From Acidobacteriota bacterium (lineage in GTDB: Bacteria; Acidobacteriota; UBA890; WLXD01): DNA of 64,000 nucleotides. Under the pieces are notes generated by a model that made no database searches, was not told where the DNA came from, and saw nothing but the letters and a program-made list of their open reading frames with translations. Position 1 is the stretch's first letter. The number at the start of each line of letters is the position of its first letter. Made by a program: the position numbers and the translations under genes. The stretch is from NCBI GenBank assembly GCA_963666055.2, contig CAXWPH010000012.1, forward strand, positions 288,001 through 352,000. The letters are read 5' to 3'. Shown here in pieces: positions 41,005 through 50,551 of the stretch.

Positions 41005-43022
41005 GTGCGCCTCGCGGCGGCCGGCCAACGATGCGATCCGTCATGCTGTGGAGCGTTCTGCTGGTCGTGTCGACGAGCAGCGCCTGCGGCAGCAGCTCGA
41101 GATCAGACGGACCGAACGTCATCGTGCTGGGGATAGACGGCCTCGACTACACCCTGACGCGGGAGCTTATCGACGCCGGCCGCTTGCCGAACTTCAAGCG
41201 GCTGGCGGACTCGGGCGCCTTCGGGCCTCTGGAAACGTCGCTGACTCCGCAGAGTCCGGTGGCCTGGTCGAACTTCATTACCGGCATGGACTCCGGCGGC
41301 CATGGGATCTACGACTTCCTGCATCGTGACCTGGAGCGTGATCCGCCGCTGCCCTTCGGTTGGCCCTATCAGGCGATGACCAAGGAGACTCCGGTGGGCC
41401 GGTCGCTCACGCTTGGCGGCTGGTCCTTCCCTCTCAGCGGCGGCGACATCCAACTGGCGCGATACGGCACACCGTTCTGGCAATTGCTCACCGACAACGG
41501 TATCGACAGCACTCTCATACGCATGCCCGCCAACTTTCCGCCCGTCGGCGCCGGTACCCGCGAGCTCTCGGGCATGGGGACCCCGGACCTCGGCGGCACG
41601 CCCGGTGAGTTCACGTTCTTCTCCACCGATCGCCGCCAATTCATGAAGACCGACGTATCGGGCGGGCATATCTACCCCGCCGACATCATCGATGGCGTGT
41701 TCAACGGAACCCTGTACGCCCTCACCGACAATCCCTTCACGCTGGAAGAGGGCGATGCGGTCGCAGCCGACTTCGAGGTATTCATCGATCCCGATAACCC
41801 CGTTGCAAAGATCGTAATCAACGACCAAGAGCTCATCCTGCAGGAAGGCGAGTGGAGCCCTTGGGTAAGTGCCGACTTTGATCTCGTGCCTTACGTAATG
41901 TCGATATCGGGCTCGGTGCGCTTCTACCTCAAGTCGGTACGTCCGGACTTCGGGCTTTACATCACGCCGATTCAGATCGATCCTCTCAACCCCGGGTCGG
42001 CAATCTCGCACCCGGACTCGTTCGCCACCGAGCTGGGCAACGCCACCGGCCGCTACTACACACAGGAGATGCCACAGGACACCAAGGCGCTCCAGTGGGG
42101 CGTCTTCGACCTCGACGAGTACCTGACGCAGGTCACGCTCACTCGCGCCGAGACGACGGCGCAGTACAAGTATCTCCTCGAGAACTGGACCGGCGGCTTT
42201 CTGTTCTCCTATTTCGGGAGCGCCGACCAAATCTCGCATGTCATGTGGGGCTTGACGCGCGACCCCGAGCACCCTGCATACGTGGCCGAGAGTCACGACC
42301 AATACCGTGACGTCATTCCGAGCTTGTACGAGGAGTTCGACGCGCTGGTCGGCTACACGCTGGATCGCATCGCCGACGATACCCTGTTGGTCGTCATGTC
42401 GGACCACGGGTTTGGCAGCTGGCGCCGATCGTTCAACCTCAATACGTGGCTGCACGATAACGGCTATATGGCACTGCAGCGTCGCACGCGCCTACCGATT
42501 CGGGAGTTCTTCGCCGGCGTCGACTGGGACGCCACTCAGGCGTACAGCGTCGGCATCAGCGCCCTGTACTTGAACATGCGCGGCCGTGAGCCGCAGGGCT
42601 TGGTGGCGCCCGGCGACCGCGACGAGTTACTCCTTCAGCTCGAACAAGATTTGTTGGCGACCGTGGACCCGGCCACCGGTGAGCCGGCCATCACCCGGGT
42701 GTTCATTCGTGAACGCGATTTCCACGACCGCGGCCACTTAGAGATAGGGCCCGACATCATCGTCGGCTACGCACCGCATGTGCGCGGTTCTGGCAACGGC
42801 GCTCTCGGCGGGCTGGCAGCGGAGTTCATTGTCGACAACACCGCCGATTGGTCAGGCGACCACATCTGGGACCCGACGGCGGTTCCGGGTGTGCTGCTGA
42901 CCAACCGCGCGCTGATACGGCCGGCGTCGTCGCTGCAGAACCTGGCAGCATCTCTGCTCGCCGAGTACGGCATCGACGGCTTCCGGGACGGCAGCACCCC
43001 AGTCACGGTTGAGACAAATTGA
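41001..43022 (+). CDS. AlkP-superfamily (NPP-like) enzyme, predicted lipoprotein
   Basis: SSAC lipobox-like; LGIDG, SPVAWSNFITG, DQISH, SDHG, WSGDH. Confidence 0.85.
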   Translation: MSAPRGGRPTMRSVMLWSVLLVVSTSSACGSSSRSDGPNVIVLGIDGLDYTLTRELIDAGRLPNFKRLADSGAFGPLETSLTPQSPVAWSNFITGMDSGGHGIYDFLHRDLERDPPLPFGWPYQAMTKETPVGRSLTLGGWSFPLSGGDIQLARYGTPFWQLLTDNGIDSTLIRMPANFPPVGAGTRELSGMGTPDLGGTPGEFTFFSTDRRQFMKTDVSGGHIYPADIIDGVFNGTLYALTDNPFTLEEGDAVAADFEVFIDPDNPVAKIVINDQELILQEGEWSPWVSADFDLVPYVMSISGSVRFYLKSVRPDFGLYITPIQIDPLNPGSAISHPDSFATELGNATGRYYTQEMPQDTKALQWGVFDLDEYLTQVTLTRAETTAQYKYLLENWTGGFLFSYFGSADQISHVMWGLTRDPEHPAYVAESHDQYRDVIPSLYEEFDALVGYTLDRIADDTLLVVMSDHGFGSWRRSFNLNTWLHDNGYMALQRRTRLPIREFFAGVDWDATQAYSVGISALYLNMRGREPQGLVAPGDRDELLLQLEQDLLATVDPATGEPAITRVFIRERDFHDRGHLEIGPDIIVGYAPHVRGSGNGALGGLAAEFIVDNTADWSGDHIWDPTAVPGVLLTNRALIRPASSLQNLAASLLAEYGIDGFRDGSTPVTVETN

Positions 43023-43033
43023 CGGTGCAGGCG

Positions 43034-43068
43034 CTAGCTGGCCATGGTGAGAGCGTGGTGGGTCTGGC
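43034..43068 (+). repeat. Degenerate MITE family A terminal remnant
   Basis: CTAGCTGGCCATGGTGAGAGCGTGGTGGGTCTGGC vs CTAGCAGGCCGTGGTGAAAGTGTGGTGGGTCTGG. Confidence 0.65.
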
Positions 43069-43125
43069 AAGTGGCACTTGCGGGCAGGGGCAAGAAGCAA
43101 CGACAACGCTAACAGGAGACGAAGG

Positions 43126-43320
43126 ATGTTCGGAGGCGGCAAGATCAAATTGGACAGTGGCCTACTGAACCGTGTCAGGAAGTATGCGGACATAGCCGGC
43201 TACTCCTCGGTCGAGGAGTTCATTACCTATGCGCTCGAGAAGGAGCTCGCCGTCCTCGAGGAGGCCGACTCCGAGGAAGAGATCCGCAAGAAGCTCCAGG
43301 GGCTCGGCTACATTTCCTGA
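43126..43320 (+). CDS. Second small RHH-like protein with LGY tail
   Basis: KIKLD..LL.RV......GYSSVEEFITYALE; ends IRKKLQGLGYIS; AGGAG RBS. Confidence 0.75.
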   Translation: MFGGGKIKLDSGLLNRVRKYADIAGYSSVEEFITYALEKELAVLEEADSEEEIRKKLQGLGYIS

Positions 43321-43341
43321 CCTGACAACGAGCACATCACG

Positions 43342-44181
43342 ATGAACGCCATTCTCGGCGCTGTGAACGGGCTGCTGCGCCCCCTGTTCGACCTGATGCT
43401 GCTGCCCTTTCGGCAGCTACACCCGATGATCGGGCTGACCATCGTGTCGCTGGGGTGCGCGGTGCTCATGCTGCTCGGATACCGCGCCACCTCCAATCAG
43501 CCGGCGGTTGAGCGCGTCAAACGCAGGATCGCCGCCGGCCTGTTCGAGATCCGCCTGTTCAACGACGACATCTTGGCGATCCTACGTGCTCAGGGCGGCA
43601 TCCTGCGCAATAACATGACCTATCTCGGCCTGAACCTGGTGCCGATGGTGTTCATGATGCTGCCGTTTGTCCTGGTCATTGCCCAGCTGCAGTTCCACTA
43701 CGGATATCGAGGCCTGACGGTTGGCGAGCCGACCGTTCTGCAGGTCAGCCTCGGGGACGGACTAGCCGCCAGCAGCGCGCCAGAGGCCGAGGTCACCTTG
43801 CCCGCGGGCCTACGGCTCGACAGCCCGCGGGTGTGGATGCCGGCGCGAAATCAGCTCGCCTGGCGGATCGTCGCCGACAGCCCAGGTGACTTCGAGGTGC
43901 AGATCGAAACCGCCGGCCAACGCGTCACCAAGCGGATCGTGGTATCCGACGCTGTCGTGCGTCGATCGCCCTATAGGCTGAAGCCCGGTTTCGTGAACAC
44001 GCTGCTGTACCCGGCCGAGCCCTCCCTGCCCAGCGACGGGATCGTCATCGAGATCAAGGTCAACTACCCGACACGCGCTGTCGGTCTTTTTGGTTTCGAG
44101 ACCGACTGGCTGATCGTCTTTTTCCTCTTGACGATGTCCCTCGCCTTCGCTCTCAAGGGCCGCTTCGGTGTAACCATCTAG
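43342..44181 (+). CDS. Membrane protein resembling DUF106/EMC3/TMCO1 (Oxa1 superfamily)
   Basis: Amphipathic N-helix, TM1, basic coiled hairpin, Met/Pro-rich TM2 (LVPMVFMMLPF), beta-rich loop domain, terminal TM starting WL..FF. Confidence 0.55.
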   Translation: MNAILGAVNGLLRPLFDLMLLPFRQLHPMIGLTIVSLGCAVLMLLGYRATSNQPAVERVKRRIAAGLFEIRLFNDDILAILRAQGGILRNNMTYLGLNLVPMVFMMLPFVLVIAQLQFHYGYRGLTVGEPTVLQVSLGDGLAASSAPEAEVTLPAGLRLDSPRVWMPARNQLAWRIVADSPGDFEVQIETAGQRVTKRIVVSDAVVRRSPYRLKPGFVNTLLYPAEPSLPSDGIVIEIKVNYPTRAVGLFGFETDWLIVFFLLTMSLAFALKGRFGVTI

Positions 44182-44189
44182 TGGCCTGC

Positions 44190-45605
44190 CTACTGCAGGT
44201 AGCCGAGGTCGCGCAAGCGCGCGATGTCTTCCGGCGATACGGTCCGCGCCTGGCGTTCGCTCGGCATGTTCTCTAACAGAGTAGCCAGCACGTCGCGCAT
44301 CTGATCGCGCCGATCGGCGAGCTCTGGCGCGGCGATCAAGTTGACAAGCTCGTACGGGTCACTGCGCAGGTCATAGAACTCGTCGTCGCCCTCTTCGTAG
44401 AGAAGGTACTTGTACTCGATGTCCTGGACCGCGTACCGCTCGCCGGGCTCGTAGTTGCCGCGCTGCTGCCGCCGCATCGAGGCGTCCTCGTAATAGCTGC
44501 GCTCGGCGAAGGCAAACCATCCGGCATCGCGTGGTCGGCCACCGCCCAGATACTGCGTGAGAGATCGGCCCTGCGTGGGCATGATCTGGTTTGGGGTCAG
44601 CTCAAAGATCGCCGCCACCGTCGGCAATACGTCGACATGTTGAACGACGCGCTGGTGTACGCGAATCCCCACCGCGCCGTCAGCGCTCCAGAACAGCAGC
44701 GGTACCCAGAGCTGGGCGTTGTAGATCTGCTTGGAATGCCCGAACCAATCATGAGCGCCGAGTCCCTGACCATGATCCGAGGTGACAATCCAGAGGGCCT
44801 CGTCGTTGAGACCGGTGGCGTCGAAGTGCGCAAACAAGCGCGCCAGCTGCCGGTCCGCATACATGATCTCGGCGTCATAAGCGGCCACATCGTTGCGCAC
44901 GACGCTATCCTCGTCGACGGCCGGAATGCCACGGCTTGCCAGCAGATCACGATACGCCTGCTCGCCATACTCGGCGATCATGCCCTCGACCTCCTCGAGA
45001 ACCTCGTACGGCGGCTGAAGCGGCTTGTGGGGGTCGTACACATGGACCCAGAGAAAGAACCTCTCTCGACCGTCAGCGACCGCCTCGTCGACCCAGGCCA
45101 ATGCACGATCGACAGTGTCGCCCGCGGCGCGGTACAGCTTGCGCCCCCCCTCCGTCTGGCGATCGACCCGATGCTGATCCCAAACCTCGAAACCCTGCCC
45201 AACGTTGCCCCCCAGCGCCGCGTCCGTGCTCACGAACGCCGCCGTCGTGTACCCCGCTGCACCTAGTAGCTCTGCCATCGTCTCGAACTCCTCGTCGAGA
45301 ACCAGACCGTTGTTCTGAACGCGGTGTTGCACTGGATACAGCGACGTGAACAGCGACGCATGCGAAGGCTTCGTGGTCGCGGAATGCGCATAGGCGCGCG
45401 TGAACAGCGTCCCTTCCGCAGCCAGTCGATCCAGGAACGGCGTCGTGGCGATGGGATAACCAAAGCTCGACATGTGGTCGGCGCGCAAGGTATCGACAGT
45501 GATCAGCACCAGTCGCTGCGGTACCGCCATCTCCGGAGTGCTCGCCGAGCAGGCTGCAACCAATCCCGCCAGCGCCATGGTTGCCGCCACGGCCACCCTT
45601 GTCAT
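44190..45605 (-). CDS. Sulfatase-like lipoprotein (Thr at the nucleophile position) with LGY tail
   Basis: VAAC lipobox, ITVDTLRADH, TTKPSHASLFT, HVYDPH, TSDHG, DP.E..N; ends RLRDLGYLQ. Confidence 0.85.
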   Translation of the reverse strand: MTRVAVAATMALAGLVAACSASTPEMAVPQRLVLITVDTLRADHMSSFGYPIATTPFLDRLAAEGTLFTRAYAHSATTKPSHASLFTSLYPVQHRVQNNGLVLDEEFETMAELLGAAGYTTAAFVSTDAALGGNVGQGFEVWDQHRVDRQTEGGRKLYRAAGDTVDRALAWVDEAVADGRERFFLWVHVYDPHKPLQPPYEVLEEVEGMIAEYGEQAYRDLLASRGIPAVDEDSVVRNDVAAYDAEIMYADRQLARLFAHFDATGLNDEALWIVTSDHGQGLGAHDWFGHSKQIYNAQLWVPLLFWSADGAVGIRVHQRVVQHVDVLPTVAAIFELTPNQIMPTQGRSLTQYLGGGRPRDAGWFAFAERSYYEDASMRRQQRGNYEPGERYAVQDIEYKYLLYEEGDDEFYDLRSDPYELVNLIAAPELADRRDQMRDVLATLLENMPSERQARTVSPEDIARLRDLGYLQ

Positions 45606-46306
45606 TCCCCGTCCTCACCCAAGCTCATCGACTCACCGGAGTTGAGATAGCCATACAGCACCGCCGCAACCACGCCGCCGAGCAGCGGCCCCAGCCAGTA
45701 TACCTAGTGAGAAGTCCAGTACCCGGCCGCGAGCGCCGGCCCGAAGGCGCGCGCCGGGTTGAGCGCGGCGCCCGTCAAGGGACCGCCGACAAGCACGGCG
45801 GCGCCCAGCGTGGCACCGATGACCAAGCCGTGCACATGCTGCGGAGCGCGCCGGGCAGCCGCCATCTGCAGGACTACGAACACCAGCACGAGCGTCAGGA
45901 TCATCTCCAGGAAAACGCCCGTCCCGACCTCCACGCCGGGTCCCAGCGCCGGCGCGCCAAGGTGCACAGGCTGCCACACGTCGGCGCCGAAAGTCGCTGC
46001 CAGCATCAGGCCGGCAACGAGCGCTCCCATTAACTGGGCCGCGAAGTAAGCGTAGGCCCGCGACGGATCGATCGCTCGCACGAGCAGCGCCCCCAACGTT
46101 ACCGCCGGATTGACGTGCGCCCCGGACACGTGTCCGAGCGAGCTGACGATGGCCGCCAACGTCAGCCCCTGAGCCAACGCTATCCCCACGATGCCGACCT
46201 CGCCGCCACTGTAGGAGTCGGTACAGATCGCCGCCGCCGCCATGAATGTGAGGACGAACGTCCCAACACCCTCCGAGACCACGCACACGGCGAGCTCGCG
46301 GCTCAT
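45602..46306 (-). pseudogene. MIP/aquaporin with in-frame TAG at 45704-45706
   Basis: SGAHVNPA and LNPAR motifs; after TAG the frame continues VYWLGPLLGGVVAAVLY to a TGA overlapping the sulfatase ATG. Confidence 0.8.
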
Positions 46307-46362
46307 CCGAGCCCCGAGCAGGCGGCGCCAGCTCACCTCCATCTGCTCAACCCTCGCAAGGA

Positions 46363-47655
46363 TCAGCGGGTGCCGCTGACAACGATCGACATGGCGGGAC
46401 CTGGTAGCTCCACCCGTGTGCCGTCGGCATAAAGGGCCGCGGCGCCGTCGCCGCTAATCTCGAGCGCCGCCGGCCGGCCTTCGTACACGGAGGCGAGCAT
46501 GCCAGTGTCGATCATGAACAGCCGGCCGTCGAACCTAGAGACAATGCCGTCGGCCTGCGGCGTGTGCCCGATGACCATCGCCCGCACCTCCAGGGCGCCG
46601 AGAAGCGCCTCGAGCACCGCGGCGTGATCCGGATCCGACAAGGTTGCCAAGCCGCGAAACCAAAGAGGGCCGCGCTCGGCCAACACGTACCACCGCTGAA
46701 TGCGAAAGAGCGACTCATACCAGGCCCTCTTGTCGGCCTCAGAGTCGCCACTCGCACTCGAAAGCTCCGGCAGACCTGTTTTGGCCCGGTCGAGCCACTC
46801 GAGCCCACCGGTCTGCTGCGTCGCGCCCCGGATAACTTCCCTCAACTCCCCGAACGAGGTCACCAGACGAGCCCCGATCAGCGCCTCCCTATACGCGTCA
46901 AGGGCGACAATCTCGTCGGCAACCCGCTGATTCAGAGACTCGAGCCCTCGGGCGGAGTGCTCGGGCGCCACACCAGCGTGCATGAAGGCAATGCCGTCGA
47001 TCGTGGCAGACAATGGCAGGGTCCTGAGCCAGGCGCCGTAGGATCCACCCGGTCCAACGGCGCGCACGTACGCAATGCGTTCGGCCGACGTGTTCTCCTG
47101 CCAGCTGTTGCGCAGATCGCGGCGCCGCCGGGACGACATCCGACCGGTCGACGTTGACTCGATTACGCGCTGCAGCTCGTCCCAGGCGCTATCGAGAACG
47201 TCGTCCGCATCGTCGTCGAAAAACTGCGCCATCTGCTCGTCGGTCGCGTCGCGAAACTCGCCGATCAGGTTCATGACCTCGTGGTTGCCGAGCAACACGA
47301 CCACCTCGCCACCTGAGTCGGGCGCCTCCCCTTGCAGCCGCATCAACAGGTCCATCACCTGGCGGACGGCGGCGCCGCGGTCCATGAAGTCGCCCGTCTG
47401 AACGAACACGGTGTCGCCGCCACTCCACTTCAAATCAGCATCGATGATGCCAGCAACCCGGAGCACCGAGACCAACTCGTCGTAGGCACCGTGGATGTCG
47501 CCCACCGCGATGATGCGACGCGACTCGGTCTCGTAGCCGGCAATCGGAGCCGTGGTTTGGGGCGCCGGGCTCGTACCCAACGCTGGCGTCAGCAGCATCG
47601 CGAAGCCGAGAGCCAGAGCGATGGTCGTAGTTCGCGTCAGCATCATTCGGGGCAT
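46363..47655 (-). CDS. Secreted calcineurin-like metallophosphoesterase (Shewanella-like phosphatase type)
   Basis: GDIHG, GDFMDRG, GNHE, FMHAG, GPLWFR, GHT, IDTG. Confidence 0.88.
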   Translation of the reverse strand: MPRMMLTRTTTIALALGFAMLLTPALGTSPAPQTTAPIAGYETESRRIIAVGDIHGAYDELVSVLRVAGIIDADLKWSGGDTVFVQTGDFMDRGAAVRQVMDLLMRLQGEAPDSGGEVVVLLGNHEVMNLIGEFRDATDEQMAQFFDDDADDVLDSAWDELQRVIESTSTGRMSSRRRRDLRNSWQENTSAERIAYVRAVGPGGSYGAWLRTLPLSATIDGIAFMHAGVAPEHSARGLESLNQRVADEIVALDAYREALIGARLVTSFGELREVIRGATQQTGGLEWLDRAKTGLPELSSASGDSEADKRAWYESLFRIQRWYVLAERGPLWFRGLATLSDPDHAAVLEALLGALEVRAMVIGHTPQADGIVSRFDGRLFMIDTGMLASVYEGRPAALEISGDGAAALYADGTRVELPGPAMSIVVSGTR

Positions 47656-47838
47656 GGGATCGAACTCCTACACAGGGGCCACAGGACCGGATTTCCAGAA
47701 TTGATGATACGCCGATTCACCCGCACGAACCGGTGTCTCCGGCCGACCGATCGCCACCGGCGACCGCTCGGTGGTCAGCTCGTACCGACCGCGATCGGAG
47801 TGCCGAGGCATTGCTCGCCAAGCGGGTACCATGGCCCA

Positions 47839-48582
47839 GTGAACGCCCTGATTCAAATCGATGAGCTGGTAAAAGACTACGGTGGGCACCGAGCTGTCGA
47901 CGGGCTGTCGGTCACCGTGGCCAGCGGCGAGATACTCGGTCTCGTGGGGCCTAACGGCGCTGGCAAGACCACCACGCTGAGATGCCTGGCCGGAATTGTA
48001 CCGGCTACCTCCGGCCGGATCCGTATTGCCGGACACGATCTGACCCAAGCACCCGTCGAGGCGCGGCGAGGACTGGCCTTCGTTCCCGACGAGCCGCACT
48101 TGTTCGACCATCTAACGGTCTCCGATCACCTCGAGCTGTTCGCTCGTCTATACGACGTTGCCGAGAGCGCCTCGCGCGCCGAGAAGTTGCTGCGCGACAA
48201 CGCGCTGTGGGATCGCCGCCACGCCTTTCCCGGCGAGCTGTCGCGTGGCATGAAGCAGAAGCTCCTGCTGTCGTGCGCGTTGTTGCACTCGCCGAAGGTA
48301 CTGATCCTCGACGAGCCGCTCACCGGGCTCGACCCGGCGGCGATGCGCCGCACCAAGCGCACCATCACTGCCACGGCGGCGGCGGGCGCAGCGGTGCTGA
48401 TCTCGTCCCACATGCTGCACCTGGTAGAAGAGATCTGCGGGCGCATCCTGATCATCAACAACGGCCGCCGCGCCGTCGCCGGCACCCTCGACGAGATCCG
48501 CGCCGCGGTTCCCGATCTCTCAGGCGATGCCGACCTGGAAGAGATCTTCATGCGCGCCACCGGGCTAGATGACACGCCTTGA
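47839..48582 (+). CDS. ABC transporter ATP-binding protein
   Basis: GPNGAGKTT, LSRGMKQK, ILDEP, SSH. Confidence 0.92.
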   Translation: MNALIQIDELVKDYGGHRAVDGLSVTVASGEILGLVGPNGAGKTTTLRCLAGIVPATSGRIRIAGHDLTQAPVEARRGLAFVPDEPHLFDHLTVSDHLELFARLYDVAESASRAEKLLRDNALWDRRHAFPGELSRGMKQKLLLSCALLHSPKVLILDEPLTGLDPAAMRRTKRTITATAAAGAAVLISSHMLHLVEEICGRILIINNGRRAVAGTLDEIRAAVPDLSGDADLEEIFMRATGLDDTP

Positions 48583-50501
48583 CGCGAGCGTTGCTCTTCC
48601 TGCTCGTGAGGTCCGCCCGCGGGCGCACCGTTCAAGCGCTGCGGCGCCTGCGCGAACCACGTTACCTGATCGGCTTCCTCATCGGCGCCGGATGGGCGGC
48701 GTTCTGGCTGTCGAGCCTGTTCGGGAGGTCGCCGGTGGGCTTCGACTTCTCGGGAGACGTGCAGTTCGGATTACCGGCCGAAGCAGTCGAGTCGCTCGCG
48801 GGCCCGCTCGGCAAAGCCCTACAGCTCAGCATCGCGCTGCTGCTTGCCGGCGGTGTCACCGTATGGTGGCTGGTGCCCTTCGGCAGGAACGCGCTGCAGT
48901 TCAGTGAATCCGAGCTACACCTGCTGCTGCCCGCCCCGCTGCTGCGCCGCCGGCTGATCCAGTACGGCGTTCTACGCAGTCAGCCTGGAGTGCTATTCGG
49001 GGTAGCGATTGTCACCTTCTTTTCGCGACCTCGTGAGATCGGCGCCGCCCTGACTACCTTCACAGCGGTCTGGATCTTCATGAGCATCTGGGATCTGCAC
49101 TCGAAGGGGCGGGGCCTGTGGCTAGCGCTACTGGCCGAGATGCCGCGCGGCGCCGCCTGGCGGCGACGGATCCTGGTATGGGCGGCACTGCTCATCCTGT
49201 GGGTCCTGCTGATTGCCGGTCTGAACGCGGTCTTTGTCGAGGTTCTCGCGACGCCCGCCACGCCGACAGAACTGAGCGGTGACGTCCTGGACAACCTGGT
49301 CGAGATGGCTTCCGTGCACGCAGACAATGCCTGGAGCGGCCCTCTAGGCTGGGCGCTGACCCCATTCCTGTGGCTCATCGCCCCCGTCTTTGCCGGCATC
49401 GGAGCAACGAACCCCATCCAGCTGCTGGCCACCTGGGCGATTCCGTTGCTGTTGTTGCTGGCGCACAACGAGTGGGTCGTGCGTGGGCAGGCGCGCTTCG
49501 AGGAGGCCGCCCTCGAACAGGCGAGGCGACGCGGCCGCGACGCCGACCCCGCCGCCCGTCTTTGGCGCCGATCGCAGCGTCGAAGGCAGTGGCAGCCGTT
49601 CCCTTTGACGCCGCGCAGCAGGCCCGAGATGGTCGTTGTTTGGAAGAACGTGATGCTCGTACAGCGGCTTCCGTTCAAGACGCTGTTCGCCGCCGGTGTG
49701 GCCTTGATCGTGCTGCTGATTGCCACCGCTCTGACCGGGCTGCTGCCGGCGCGATGGGTCGGCGTACTGCAGATCGGCGGCGCCGCGCTGATGATCTTTC
49801 CACCGGTGTTTCCCACCCGTACGCTACGCAACGACCTGCGCACCGATCTGCTCAAGCTCGAGATGATCCGACCCTGGCCGCTCGCTGGAGCGCGCATGTT
49901 CCTGGCTCAGGTAGCGGCACCATTCGTCTTGATAGCCATGCGCGTGGGTTTCGGCGCCCTGCTGCTGGTCAGCGTCGACACCGCCCTCGAGCTCGGCCTG
50001 ATCAACTTCGCCGGTGGCGCTGGGCTCGCCGAATCATCGGGACTCTGGGAGGCGGCCGGAAAAGCGGACCTGGCGACGGGGCTCGGTGTCTCGTCGCTGT
50101 TGCTCACACCTCTGGTCGTGCTGGGGGTGCTACCGCTGAGCCTGACGGTGGCGCTGCTTTCGATCGGCCTCGAAAACCTCGCGGCGCTAACATTCCCTGG
50201 CTGGGTACCGCTCGGCATGAAGAAGCAGGCGGCTTCCCAGTTTGGTCACAACCTGCTGGTGTTCATGGCGATATCCATGGCGCTGTTCTTCGGCCTCGCT
50301 CCGGGCGTGCTGGTGATCGGCGCCACACTGGCAACTCAGGTTTGGCTCTGGGGGATCCCGCTCAGCGCCTGGGAGCTGCCCGTGCTGGGGATCGCTGGCG
50401 CCATGCCGGTTCTCGCCATCGTTGTTGCGCTCGCCGGCGTTGGCGGTAGTCTCTGGGACCGGCTCGATCCTTCCGAAGAGATCCTCGCCGACAGTATCTG
50501 A
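48579..50501 (+). CDS. Putative ABC exporter membrane subunit
   Basis: Multi-TM protein translationally coupled to the ATPase. Confidence 0.75.
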   Translation: MTRALLFLLVRSARGRTVQALRRLREPRYLIGFLIGAGWAAFWLSSLFGRSPVGFDFSGDVQFGLPAEAVESLAGPLGKALQLSIALLLAGGVTVWWLVPFGRNALQFSESELHLLLPAPLLRRRLIQYGVLRSQPGVLFGVAIVTFFSRPREIGAALTTFTAVWIFMSIWDLHSKGRGLWLALLAEMPRGAAWRRRILVWAALLILWVLLIAGLNAVFVEVLATPATPTELSGDVLDNLVEMASVHADNAWSGPLGWALTPFLWLIAPVFAGIGATNPIQLLATWAIPLLLLLAHNEWVVRGQARFEEAALEQARRRGRDADPAARLWRRSQRRRQWQPFPLTPRSRPEMVVVWKNVMLVQRLPFKTLFAAGVALIVLLIATALTGLLPARWVGVLQIGGAALMIFPPVFPTRTLRNDLRTDLLKLEMIRPWPLAGARMFLAQVAAPFVLIAMRVGFGALLLVSVDTALELGLINFAGGAGLAESSGLWEAAGKADLATGLGVSSLLLTPLVVLGVLPLSLTVALLSIGLENLAALTFPGWVPLGMKKQAASQFGHNLLVFMAISMALFFGLAPGVLVIGATLATQVWLWGIPLSAWELPVLGIAGAMPVLAIVVALAGVGGSLWDRLDPSEEILADSI

Positions 50502-50551
50502 CGGCTACCTTGAAGGGCTTTCAACAACGCGCGCCACGATCGGAGGCACCT

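Noticed and set aside
45704-45706. Amber recoding (pyrrolysine or TAG reassignment)
   Set aside because: TAG is the normal stop for many genes in this window and no pyl genes are seen; a point mutation or error is simpler
45602-46306. Aquaporin as the glycerol facilitator GlpF for glpKD
   Set aside because: Short AqpZ/TIP-like sequence without GlpF loop insertions, on the opposite strand and 4 kb away
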